Below are positions 26,801 through 40,400 of a stretch of DNA of 64,000 nt, one piece after another. Numbering within the stretch: the first letter of the stretch is position 1; every line of letters begins with the position of its first letter. The notes under the pieces were generated by a model, which saw only the letters and a program-made list of their open reading frames with translations, had not been told where the DNA came from and ran no database searches. Where the stretch lies: the NCBI RefSeq assembly GCF_009914755.1, contig NC_060944.1; one strand, written 5' to 3'. The stretch is from the human T2T-CHM13v2.0 reference genome, Homo sapiens. The position numbers were made by a program, and so were the translations under genes.

Positions 26801-28700
26801 CAGTTGTTACGGGAAGATATTTCCTTTTTCAACATAGGCCTGAAACCGCTTCAAATGTCCACTTCCAGATACTGCAAAGAGAGTGTTTCAAACCTTCTCT
26901 ACGAAAGTTCATGTTCTCCTCAGTGACGTCAATGCAAACATCCCAAAGAAGTTCCTGAGAATGCTTCTGTCTGGATTTTATCTGAAGACAATCCCGTTTC
27001 CAACGAAATCCTCAAAGATATGCAAATATGCTCCTGCAGATTCTACAAAAAGAGTGTTTCAAAACTGCTCTATGAATAGAAAGGTTCGACTCTGTTAGTA
27101 GAGGGCACACATCACAAACAAGTTGCCGAGAAGGCTTCTGTCTGGTTTTTATGGGAAGATATTTCCTTTTCCAACACAAGCCTGAATGCGCTCCAAATGG
27201 ACACTTCCAGATACGACAAAAGGAGTGTTTCAAACCTGTTCTGGGAAAGGGAACGTTCCATTCTGTGACTTGAATGCAAACATCACCAAGTAGTTTCTCA
27301 GAACGCTGCTGTCTGCTTTTTATATGCATTCCCGTTTCCAACGAAATCGTCAAAGCCAGCCAAATATCCACTTGCAGGTTCCACAGAAAGAGTGTTTCAA
27401 AACTGCTCTCTCAAAAGACATGTTCAACTCTGTCAGTTGAGGACACACATCACAAAGAAGTTTCTGAGAATACTTCTGTCTAGTTTTTATGGGAAGATAT
27501 TTCCTTTTTCACCATAGGCCTCAAAGCGCTCCAAATGTCCACTTCCAGGGAATGGAAAAAGAGTGTTTCCAACCTGCTCTATGAAAGCCAATGTTCAACT
27601 CCGTGACTTGAATGCAACCATCACAAGGAAGTTTCTGAGAATGCTTCTGTCTAGGTTTTATATGAAGATATTCCCGTTTCCAACGAAATCCTCAAAGCTA
27701 TCCAAATATCCACTTGGAGATTCTACAAAAAGAGTGTTTCAAAACTGCTCTATCAAAAGAAAGGTTCTACTCCGTCAGTTGAGGACACACATCACGAGTA
27801 AGTTTCTGACAATGCTTCTGTCTAGTTTTTATGGGAAGATATGTCCTTTTTCACCTTAGGCCGGAAAGCGCTCCAAAAGTCCAGTTACAGACACTACAAA
27901 AAGAGTGTTTCAAACCTGCTCTGTGAAAGGGAATGTTCAATTCTGTGACTTGAATGCAAACATCACAAAGAAGTTGCTGAGAATGCTTCTGTCTGCTTTT
28001 TATACCTTATCGCGTTTCCAACGAAATCCTCAAATCCAGCCAAATATCCACTTGCAGACTCCACAAAAAGAGTGTTTCAAAACTATACTCTCCAAAGAAA
28101 TGTTCAACTCTGTTAGTTGAGGACACACATCAGAGACTAGCTTCTGAGAATGCTTCTGTCCAGTTGTTACGGGATGATATTTCCTTTTTCAACATAGGCC
28201 TGAAACCGCTTCAAATGTCCACTTCCAGATACTGCAAAGAGAGTGTTTCAAACCTTCTCTACGAAAAGGCATGTTCTCCTCAGTGACGTCAATGCAAACA
28301 TCCCAAAGAAGTTTCTGAGAATGCTTCTGTCTGGATTTTATCTGAAGACAATCCCGTTTCCAACGAAATCCTCAAAGATATGCAAATATGCTCCTGCAGA
28401 TTCTACAAAAAGAGTGCTTCAAAACTGCTCTATGAATAGAAAGGTTCGACTCTGTTAGTAGAGGGCACACATCACAAACAAGTTGCCGAGAAGGCTTCTG
28501 TCTGGTTTTTATGGGAAGATATTTCCTTTTCCAACACAAGCCTGAATGCGCTCCAAATGGACACTTCCAGATACGACAAAAGGAGTGTTTCAAACCTGTT
28601 CTGGGAAAGGGAACGTTCCATTCTGTGACTTGAATGCAAACATCACCAAGTAGTTTCTCAGAACGCTGCTGTCTGCTTTTTATATGCATTCCCGTTTCCA
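23900..28700. repeat. Locally expanded run of four sister HORs
   Basis: Variants seen only here: GAGAAGGCTTC (24411, 25771, 27131, 28491), ATGCAT (24604, 25964, 27324, 28684), GAATGCTTCTGTCTGC (23901, 25261, 26621, 27981). Confidence 0.9.
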
Positions 28701-28999
28701 ACGAAATCGTCAAAGCCAGCCAAATATCCACTTGCAGGTTCCACAGAAAGAGTGTTTCAAAACTGCTCTCTCAAAAGACATGTTCAACTCTGTCAGTTGA
28801 GGACACACATCACAATGAAGTTTCTGAGAATGCTTCTGTCTAGTTTTTATGGGAAGATATTTCCTTTTTCACCATAGGCCTCAAAGCGCTCCAAATGTCC
28901 ACTTCCAGGGAATGGAAAAAGAGTGTTTCCAACCTACTGTATGAAAGCCAATGTTCAACTCCGTGACTTGAATGCAACCATCACAAGGAAGTTTCTGAG

Positions 29000-31900
29000 A
29001 ATGCTTCTGTCTAGGTTTTATATGAAGATATTCCCGTTTCCAATGAAATCCTCAAAGCTATCCAAATATCCACTTGGAGATTCTACAAAAAGAGTGTTTC
29101 AAAACTGCTCTATCAAAAGAAAGGTTCTACTCCGTCAGTTGAGGACACACATCACGAGTAAGTTTCTGACAATGCTTCTGTCTAGTTTTTATGGGAAGAT
29201 ATGTCCTTTTTCACCTTAGGCCGGAAAGCGCTCTAAAAGTCCAGTTACAGACACTACAAAAAGAGTGTTTCAAACCTGCTCTGTGAAAGGGAATGTTCAA
29301 TTCTGTGACTTGAATGCAAACATCACAAAGAAATTGCTGAGAATGCTGCTGTCTGCTTTTTATACCTTATCCCGTTTCCAACGAAATCCTCAAATCCAGC
29401 CAAATATCCACTTGCACACTCCACAAAAAGAGTGTTTCAAAACTATACTCTCCAAAGAAATGTTCAACTCTGTTAGTTGAGGACACACATCAGAGACTAG
29501 CTTCTGAGAATGCTTCTGTCCAGTTGTTACGGGAAGATATTTCCTTTTTCAACATAGGCCTGAAACCGCTTCAAATGTCCACTTCCAGATACTGCAAAGA
29601 GAGTGTTTCAAACCTTCTCTACGAAAGGGCATGTTCTCCTCTGTGACGTCAATGCAAACAACCCAAAGAAGTTTCTGAGAATGCTTCTGTCTGGATTTTA
29701 TCTGAAGACAATCCCGTTTCCAACGAAATCCTCAAAGATATGCAAATATGCTCCTGCAGATTCTACAAAAAGAGTGTTTCAAAACTGCTCTATGAAAAGA
29801 AAGGTTCGACTCTGTTAGTAGAGGGCACACATCACAAACAAGTTGCCGAGAATGCTTCTGTCTGATTTTTATGGGAAGATATTTCCTTTTCCAACACAAG
29901 CCTGAATGCGCTCCAAATGGACACTTCCAGATATGACAAAAGGAGTGTTTCAAACGTGTTCTGTGAAAGGGAATGTTCCATTCTGTGACTTGAATGCAAA
30001 CATCACCAAGTAGTTTCTCAGAACGCTGCTGTCTGCTTTTTATATGTATTCCCGTTTCCAACGAAATCGTCAAAGCCAGCCAAATATCCACTTGCAGGTT
30101 CCACAGAAAGAGTGTTTCAAAACTGCTCTCTCAAAAGACATGTTCAACTCTGTCAGTTGAGGACACACATCACAATGAAGTCTCTGAGAATGCTTCTGTC
30201 TAGTTTTTATGGGAAGATATTTCCTTTTTCACCATAGGCCTCAAAGCGCTCCAAATGTCCACTTCCAGGGAATGGAAAAAGAGTGTTTCCAACCTACTGT
30301 ATGAAAGCCAATGTGCAACTCCGTGACTTGAATGCAACCATCACAAGGAAGTTTCTGAGAATGCTTCTGTCTAGGTTTTATATGAAGATATTCCCGTTTC
30401 CAACGAAATCCTCAAAGCTACCCAAATATCCAATTGGAGATTCTACAAAAAGAGTGTTTCAAAACTGCTCTATCAAAAGAAAGTTTCTACTCCGTCAGTT
30501 GAGGACACACATCACGAGTAAGTTTCTGACAATGCTTCTGTCTAGTTTTTATGGGAAGATATGTCCTTTTTCACCTTAGGCCGGAAAGCGCCCCAAAAGT
30601 CCAGTTACAGACACTACAAAAAGAGTGTTTCAAACCTGCTCTGTGAAAGGGAATGTTCCATTCTGTGACTTGAATGCAAACATCACAAAGAAATTGCTGA
30701 GAATGCTGCTGTCTGCTTTTTATACCTTATCGCGTTTCCAACGAAATCCTTAAATCCAGCCAAATATCCACTTGCAGACTCCACAAAAAGAGTGTTTCAA
30801 AACTATACTCTCCAAAGAAATGTTCAACTCTGTTAGTTGAGGACACACATCAGAGACTAGCTTCTGAGAATGCTTCTGTCCAGTTGTTACGGGAAGATAT
30901 TTCCTTTTTCAACATAGGCCTGAAACCGCTTCAAATGTCCACTTCCAGATACTGCAAAGAGTGTGTTTCAAACCTTCTCTACGAAAGGGCATGTTCTCCT
31001 CAGTGACGTCAATGCAAACATTCCAAAGAAGTTTCTGAGAATGCTTCTGTCTGGATTTTATCTGAAGACAATCCCGTTTCCAACGAAATCCTCAAAGATA
31101 TGCAAATATGCTCCTGCAGATTCTACAAAAAGAGTGTTTCAAAACTGCTCTATGAATAGAAAGGTTCGACTCTGTTAGTAGAGGGCACACATCACAAACA
31201 AGTTGCCGAGAATGCTTCTGTCTGGTTTTTATGGGAAGATATTTCCTTTTCCAACACAAGCCTGAATGCGCTCCAAATGGACACTTCCAGATACGACAAA
31301 AGGAGTGTTTCAAACCTGTTCTGTGAAAGGGAACGTTCCATTCTGTGACTTGAATGCAAACATCACCAAGTAGTTTCTCAGAACGCTGCTGTCTGCTTTT
31401 TATATGTATTCCCGTTTCCAACGAAATCGTCAAAGCCAGCCAAATATCCACTTGCAGGTTCCACAGAAAGAGTGTTTCAAAACTGCTCTCTCAAAAGACA
31501 TGTTCAACTCTGTCAGTTGAGGACACACATCACAAAGAAGTTTCTGAGAATGCTTCTGTCTAGTTTTTATGGGAAGATATTTCCTTTTTCACCATAGGCC
31601 TCAAAGCGCTCCAAATGTCCACTTCCAGGGAATGGAAGAAGAGAGTTTCCAACCTGCTCTATGAAAGCCAATGTTCAACTCCGTGACTTGAATGCAACCA
31701 TCACAAGGAAGTTTCTGAGAATGCTTCTGTCTAGGTTTTATATGAAGATATTCCCGTTTCCAATGAAATCCTCAAAGCTATCCAAATATCCACTTGGAGA
31801 TTCTACAAAAAGAGTGTTTCAAAACTGCTCTATCAAAAGAAAGGTTCTACTCCGTCAGTTGAGGACACACATCACGAGTAAGTTTCTGACAATGCTTCTG

Positions 31901-34440
31901 TCTAGTTTTTATGGGAAGATATGTCCTTTTTCACCTTAGGCCGGAAAGCGCTCTAAAAGTCCAGTTACAGACACTACAAAAAGAGTGTTTCAAACCTGCT
32001 CTGTGAAAGGGAATGTTCAATTCTGTGACTTGAATGCAAACATCACAAAGAAATTGCTGAGAATGCTGCTGTCTGCTTTTTATACCTTATCCCGTTTCCA
32101 ACGAAATCCTCAAATCCAGCCAAATATCCACTTGCACACTCCACAAAAAGAGTGTTTCAAAACTATACTCTCCAAAGAAATGTTCAACTCTGTTAGTTGA
32201 GGACACACATCAGAGACTAGCTTCTGAGAATGCTTCTGTCCAGTTGTTACGGGAAGATATTTCCTTTTTCAACATAGGCCTGAAACCGCTTCAAATGTCC
32301 ACTTCCAGATACTGCAAAGAGAGTGTTTCAAACCTTCTCTACGAAAGGGCATGTTCTCCTCTGTGACGTCAATGCAAACAACCCAAAGAAGTTTCTGAGA
32401 ATGCTTCTGTCTGGATTTTATCTGAAGACAATCCCGTTTCCAACGAAATCCTCAAAGATATGCAAATATGCTCCTGCAGATTCTACAAAAAGAGTGTTTC
32501 AAAACTGCTCTATGAAAAGAAAGGTTCGACTCTGTTAGTAGAGGGCACACATCACAAACAAGTTGCCGAGAATGCTTCTGTCTGATTTTTATGGGAAGAT
32601 ATTTCCTTTTCCAACACAAGCCTGAATGCGCTCCAAATGGACACTTCCAGATATGACAAAAGGAGTGTTTCAAACGTGTTCTGTGAAAGGGAATGTTCCA
32701 TTCTGTGACTTGAATGCAAACATCACCAAGTAGTTTCTCAGAACGCTGCTGTCTGCTTTTTATATGTATTCCCGTTTCCAACGAAATCGTCAAAGCCAGC
32801 CAAATATCCACTTGCAGGTTCCACAGAAAGAGTGTTTCAAAACTGCTCTCTCAAAAGACATGTTCAACTCTGTCAGTTGAGGACACACATCACAATGAAG
32901 TCTCTGAGAATGCTTCTGTCTAGTTTTTATGGGAAGATATTTCCTTTTTCACCATAGGCCTCAAAGCGCTCCAAATGTCCACTTCCAGGGAATGGAAAAA
33001 GAGTGTTTCCAACCTACTGTATGAAAGCCAATGTGCAACTCCGTGACTTGAATGCAACCATCACAAGGAAGTTTCTGAGAATGCTTCTGTCTAGGTTTTA
33101 TATGAAGATATTCCCGTTTCCAACGAAATCCTCAAAGCTACCCAAATATCCAATTGGAGATTCTACAAAAAGAGTGTTTCAAAACTGCTCTATCAAAAGA
33201 AAGTTTCTACTCCGTCAGTTGAGGACACACATCACGAGTAAGTTTCTGACAATGCTTCTGTCTAGTTTTTATGGGAAGATATGTCCTTTTTCACCTTAGG
33301 CCGGAAAGCGCCCCAAAAGTCCAGTTACAGACACTACAAAAAGAGTGTTTCAAACCTGCTCTGTGAAAGGGAATGTTCCATTCTGTGACTTGAATGCAAA
33401 CATCACAAAGAAATTGCTGAGAATGCTGCTGTCTGCTTTTTATACCTTATCGCGTTTCCAACGAAATCCTTAAATCCAGCCAAATATCCACTTGCAGACT
33501 CCACAAAAAGAGTGTTTCAAAACTATACTCTCCAAAGAAATGTTCAACTCTGTTAGTTGAGGACACACATCAGAGACTAGCTTCTGAGAATGCTTCTGTC
33601 CAGTTGTTACGGGAAGATATTTCCTTTTTCAACATAGGCCTGAAACCGCTTCAAATGTCCACTTCCAGATACTGCAAAGAGAGTGTTTCAAACCTTCTCT
33701 ACGAAAGGGCATGTTCTCCTCAGTGACGTCAATGCAAACATTCCAAAGAAGTTTCTGAGAATGCTTCTGTCTGGATTTTATCTGAAGACAATCCCGTTTC
33801 CAACGAAATCCTCAAAGATATGCAAATATGCTCCTGCAGATTCTACAAAAAGAGTGTTTCAAAACTGCTCTATGAATAGAAAGGTTCGACTCTGTTAGTA
33901 GAGGGCACACATCACAAACAAGTTGCCGAGAATGCTTCTGTCTGGTTTTTATGGGAAGATATTTCCTTTTCCAACACAAGCCTGAATGCGCTCCAAATGG
34001 ACACTTCCAGATACGACAAAATGAGTGTTTCAAACCTGTTCTGTGAAAGGGAACGTTCCATTCTGTGACTTGAATGCAAACATCACCAAGTAGTTTCTCA
34101 GAACGCTGCTGTCTGCTTTTTATATGTATTCCCGTTTCCAACGAAATCGTCAAAGCCAGCCAAATATCCACTTGCAGGTTCCACAGAAAGAGTGTTTCAA
34201 AACTGCTCTCTCAAAAGACATGTTCAACTCTGTCAGTTGAGGACACACATCACAAAGAAGTTTCTGAGAATGCTTCTGTCTAGTTTTTATGGGAAGATAT
34301 TTCCTTTTTCACCATAGGCCTCAAAGCGCTCCAAATGTCCACTTCCAGGGAATGGAAGAAGAGAGTTTCCAACCTGCTCTATGAAAGCCAATGTTCAACT
34401 CCGTGACTTGAATGCAACCATCACAAGGAAGTTTCTGAGA
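29000..34440. repeat. Tandem duplication of a 2-HOR block (2 x 2,720 bp)
   Basis: CTCTAAAAG 29231/31951, TTGCACAC 29412/32132, CAAACGTG 29951/32671, CCCAAATATCCAATT 30421/33141, GCGCCCCAA 30588/33308. Confidence 0.9.
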
Positions 34441-37400
34441 ATGCTTCTGTCTAGGTTTTATATGAAGATATTCCCGTTTCCAACGAATTCCTCAAACTAT
34501 CCAAATATCCACTTGGAGATTCTACAAAAAGAGTGTTTCAAAACTGCTCTATCAAAAGAAAGGTTCTACTCCGTCAGTTGAGGACACACATCACGAGTAA
34601 GTTTCTGACAATGCTTCTGTCTAGTTTTTATGGGAAGATATGTCCTTTTTCACCTTAGGCCGGAAAGCGCTCCAAAAGTCCAGTTACAGACACTACAAAA
34701 AGAGTGTTTCAAACCTGCTCTGTGAAAGGGAATGTTCCATTCTGTGACTTGAATGCAAACATCACAAAGAAATTGCTGAGAATGCTGCTGTCTGCTTTTT
34801 ATACCTTATCGCGTTTCCAACGAAATCCTCAAATCCAGCCAAATATCCACTTGCAGAGTCCACAAAAAGAGTGTTTCAAAACTATACTCTCCAAAGAAAT
34901 GTTCAACTCTGTTAGTTGAGGACACACATCAGAGACTAGCTTCTGAGAATGCTTCTGTCCAGTTGTTACGGGAAGATATTTCCTTTTTCAACATAGGCCT
35001 GAAACCGCTTCAAATGTCCACTTCCAGATACTGCAAAGAGAGTGTTTCAAACCTTCTCTACGAAAGGGCATGTTCTCCTCAGTGACGTCAATGCAAACAT
35101 CCCAAAGAAGTTTCTGAGAATGCTTCTGTCTGGATTTTATCTGAAGACAATCCCGTTTCCAACGAAATCCTCAAAGATATGCAAATATGCTCCTGCAGAT
35201 TCTACAAAAAGAGTGTTTCAAAACTGCTCTATGAAAAGAAAGGTTCGACTCTGTTAGTAGAGGGCACACATCACAAACAAGTTGCCGAGAATGCTTCTGT
35301 CTGGTTTTTATGGGAAGATATTTCCTTTTCCAACACAAGCCTGAATGCGCTCCAAATGGACACTTCCAGACATGACAAAAGGAGTGTTTCAAACCTGTTC
35401 TGTGAAAGGGAACGTTCCATTCTGTGACTTGAATGCAAACATCACCAAGTAGTTTCTCAGAACGCTGCTGTCTGCTTTTTATATGTATTCCCGTTTCCAA
35501 CGAAATCGTCAAAGCCAGCCAAATATCCACTTGCAGGTTCCACAGAAAGAGTGTTTCAAAACTGCTCTCTCAAAAGACATGTTCAACTCTGTCAGTTGAG
35601 GACACACATCACAAAGAAGTTTCTGAGAATGCTTCTGTCTAGTTTTTATGGGAAGATATTTCCTTTTTCACCATAGGCCTCAAAGCGCTCCAAATGTCCA
35701 CTTCCAGGGAATGGAAAAAGAGTGTTTCCAACCTGCTCTATGAAAGCCAATGTTCAACTCCGTGACTTGAATGCAACCATCACAAGGAAGTTTCTGAGAA
35801 TGCTTCTGTCTAGGTTTTATATGAAGATATTCCCGTTTCCAACGAAATCCTCAAAGCTATCCAAATATCCACTTGGAGATTCTACAAAAAGAGTGTTTCA
35901 AAACTGCTCTATCAAAAGAAAGGTTCTACTCCGTCAGTTGAGGACACACATCACGAGTAAGTTTCTGACAATGCTTCTGTCTAGTTTTTATGGGAAGATA
36001 TGTCCTTTTTCACCTTAGGCCGGAAAGCGCTCCAAAAGTCCAGTTACAGACACTACAAAAAGAGTGTTTCAAACCTGCTCTGTGAAAGGGAATGTTCAAT
36101 TCTGTGACTTGAATGCAAACATCACAAAGAAATTGCTGAGAATGCTGCTGTCTGCTTTTTATACCTTATCGCGTTTCCAACGAAATCCTTAAATCCAGCC
36201 AAATATCCACTTGCAGACTCCACAAAAAGAGTGTTTCAAAACTATACTCTCCAAAGAAATGTTCAACTCTGTTAGTTGAGGACACACATCAGAGACTAGC
36301 TTCTGAGAATGCTTCTGTCCAGTTGTTACGGGAAGATATTTCCTTTTTCAACATAGGCCTGAAACCGCTTCAAATGTCCACTTCCAGATACTGCAAAGAG
36401 AGTGTTTCAAACCTTCTCTACGAAAGGGCATGTTCTCCTCAGTGACGTCAATGCAAACATCCCAAAGAAGTTTCTGAGAATGCTTCTGTCTGGATTTTGT
36501 CTGAAGACAATCCCGTTTCCAACGAAATCCTCAAAGATATGCAAATATGCTCCTGCAGATTCTACAAAAAGAGTGTTTCAAAACTGCTCTATGAATAGAA
36601 AGGTTCGACTCTGTTAGTAGAGGGCACACATCACAAACAAGTTGCCGAGAATGCTTCTGTCTGATTTTTATGGGAATATATTTCCTTTTCCAACACAAGC
36701 CTGAATGCGCTCCAAATGGACACTTCCAGATACGACAAAAGGAGTGTTTCAAACCTGTTCTGTGAAAGGGAACGTTCCATTCTGTGACTTGAATGCAAAC
36801 ATCACCAAGTAGTTTCTCAGAACGCTGCTGTCTGCTTTTTATATGTATTCCCGTTTCCAACGAAATCGTCAAAGCCAGCCAAATATCCACTTGCAGGTTC
36901 CACAGAAAGAGTGTTTCAAAACTGCTCTCTCAAAAGACATGTTCAACTCTGTCAGTTGAGGACACACATCACAATGAAGTTTCTGAGAATGCTTCTGTCT
37001 AGTTTTTATGGGAAGATATTTCCTTTTTCACCATAGGCCTCAAAGCGCTCCAAATGTCCACTTCCAGGGAATGGAAAAAGAGTGTTTCCAACCTACTGTA
37101 TGAAAGCCAATGTTCAACTCCGTGACTTGAATGCAACCATCACAAGGAAGTTTCTGAGAATGCTTCTGTCTAGGTTTTATATGAAGATATTCCCGTTTCC
37201 AATGAAATCCTCAAAGCTATCCAAATATCCACTTGGAGATTCTACAAAAAGAGTGTTTCAAAACTGCTCTATCAAAAGAAAGGTTCTACTCCGTCAGTTG
37301 AGGACACACATCACGAGTAAGTTTCTGACAATGCTTCTGTCTAGTTTTTATGGGAAGATATGTCCTTTTTCACCTTAGGCCGGAAAGCGCTCTAAAAGTC

Positions 37401-40400
37401 CAGTTACAGACACTACAAAAAGAGTGTTTCAAACCTGCTCTGTGAAAGGGAATGTTCAATTCTGTGACTTGAATGCAAACATCACAGAGAAATTGCTGAG
37501 AATGCTGCTGTCTGCTTTTTATACCTTATCCCGTTTCCAACGAAATCCTCAAATCCAGCCAAATATCCACTTGCACACTCCACAAAAAGAGTGTTTCAAA
37601 ACTATACTCTCCAAAGAAATGTTCAACTCTGTTAGTTGAGGACACACATCAGAGACTAGCTTCTGAGAATGCTTCTGTCCAGTTGTTACGGGAAGATATT
37701 TCCTTTTTCAACATAGGCCTGAAACCGCTTCAAATGTCCACTTCCAGATACTGCAAAGAGAGTGTTTCAAACCTTCTCTACGAAAGGGCATGTTCTCCTC
37801 TGTGACGTCAATGCAAACAACCCAAAGAAGTTTCTGAGAATGCTTCTGTCTGGATTTTATCTGAAGACAATCCCGTTTCCAACGAAATCCTCAAAGATAT
37901 GCAAATATGCTCCTGCAGATTCTACAAAAAGAGTGTTTCAAAACTGCTCTATGAAAAGAAAGGTTCGACTCTGTTAGTAGAGGGCACACATCACAAACAA
38001 GTTGCCGAGAATGCTTCTGTCTGATTTTTATGGGAAGATATTTCCTTTTCCAACACAAGCCTGAATGCGCTCCAAATGGACACTTCCAGATATGACAAAA
38101 GGAGTGTTTCAAACGTGTTCTGTGAAAGGGAATGTTCCATTCTGTGACTTGAATGCAAACATCACCAAGTAGTTTCTCAGAACGCTGCTGTCTGCTTTTT
38201 ATATGTATTCCCGTTTCCAACGAAATCGTCAAAGCCAGCCAAATATCCACTTGCAGGTTCCACAGAAAGAGTGTTTCAAAACTGCTCTCTCAAAAGACAT
38301 GTTCAACTCTGTCAGTTGAGGACACACATCACAATGAAGTCTCTGAGAATGCTTCTGTCTAGTTTTTATGGGAAGATATTTCCTTTTTCACCATAGGCCT
38401 CAAAGCGCTCCAAATGTCCACTTCCAGGGAATGGAAAAAGAGTGTTTCCAACCTACTGTATGAAAGCCAATGTGCAACTCCGTGACTTGAATGCAACCAT
38501 CACAAGGAAGTTTCTGAGAATGCTTCTGTCTAGGTTTTATATGAAGATATTCCCGTTTCCAACGAAATCCTCAAAGCTACCCAAATATCCAATTGGAGAT
38601 TCTACAAAAAGAGTGTTTCAAAACTGCTCTATCAAAAGAAAGTTTCTACTCCGTCAGTTGAGGACACACATCACGAGTAAGTTTCTGACAATGCTTCTGT
38701 CTAGTTTTTATGGGAAGATATGTCCTTTTTCACCTTAGGCCGGAAAGCGCTCCAAAAGTCCAGTTACAGACACTACAAAAAGAGTGTTTCAAACCTGCTC
38801 TGTGAAAGGGAATGTTCAATTCGGTGACTTCAATGCAAACATCACAAAGAAGTTGCTGAGAATGCTGCTGTCTGCTTTTTATACCTTATCCCGTTTCCAA
38901 CGAAATCCTCAAATCCAGCCAAATATCCACTTGCAGACTCCACAAAAAGAGTGTTTCAAAACTGTACTGTCAAAAGAAATGTTCAACTCTGTTAGTTGAG
39001 GACACACATCAGAGACTAGCTTCTGAGAATGCTTCTGTCCAGTTGTTACGGGAAGATATTTCCTTTTTCAACATAGGCCTGAAACCGCTTCAAATGTCCG
39101 CTTCCAGATACTGCAAAGAGAGTGTTTCAAACCTTCTCTACGAAAGGGCATGTTCTGCTCTGTGACGTCAATGGAAACATCCCAAAGAAGTTTCTGAGAT
39201 TGCTTCTGTCTGGATTTTATCTGAAGACAATCCCGATTCCAACGAAATCCTCAAAGATATGCAAATATGCTCCTGCAGATTCCACAAAAAGAGTATTTCA
39301 AAACTGCTCTATGAATAGAAAGGTTCGACTCTGTTAGTAGAGGGCACACATCACAAACAAGTTGCCGAGAATGCTTCTGTGTGGTTTTTATGGGAAGATA
39401 TTTCCTTTTCCAACACAAGCCTGAATGCGCTCCAAATGGACACTTCCAGATACGACAAAAGGAGTGTTTCAAACCTGTTCTGGGAAAGGGAACGTTCCAT
39501 TCTGTGACTTGAATGCAAACATCACCAAGTAGTTTCTCAGAACGCTGCTGTCTGCTTTTTATATGTATTCCCGTTTCCAACGAAATCGTCAAAGCCAGCC
39601 AAATATCCACTTGCAGGTTCCACAAAAAGAGTGTTTCAAAACTGCTCTCTCAAAAGACATGTTCAACTCTGTCAGTTGAGGACACACATCACAAATAAGT
39701 TTCTGAGAATGCTTCTGTCTAGTTTTTATGGGAACATATTTCCTTTTTCACCATAGGCCTCAAAGCGCTCCAAATGTCCACTTCCAGGGAATGGAAAAAG
39801 AGTGTTTCCAACCTGCTCTATGAAAGCCAATGTTCAACTCCGTGACTTGAATGCTACCATCACAAGGAAGTTTCTGAGAATGCTTCTGTCTAGGTTTTAT
39901 ATGAAGATATTCCCGTTTCCAACGAAATCCACAAAGCTATCCAAATATCCACTTGGAGATTCTACAAAAAGAGTGTTTCAAAACTGCTCTATCAAAAGAA
40001 AGGTTCTACACCGTCAGTTGAGGACACACATCACGAGTAAGTTTCTGACAATGCTTCTGTCTAGTTTTTATGGGAAGATATGTCCTTTTTCACCTTAGGC
40101 CGGAAAGCGCTCCAAAAGTCCAGTTACAGACACTACAAAAAGAGTGTTTCAAACCTGCTCTGTGAAAGGGAATGTTCAATTCTGTGACTTGAATGCAAAC
40201 ATCACAAAGAAGTTGCTGAGAATGCTGCTGTCTGCTTTTTATACCTTATCCCGTTTCCAACGAAATCCTCAAATCCAGCCAAATATCCACTTGCAGACTC
40301 CACAAAAAGAGTGTTTCAAAACTGTACTCTCCAAAGAAATGTTCAACTCTGTTAGTTGAGGACACACATCAGAGACTAGCTTCTGAGAATGCTTCTGTCC

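Noticed and set aside
39231-39247. Variant CENP-B box TCCCGATTCCAACGAAA (also the GAAT-ending boxes at the EcoRI sites)
   Set aside because: The changes fall at non-essential positions of nTTCGnnnnAnnCGGGn, so they were not counted as box loss.
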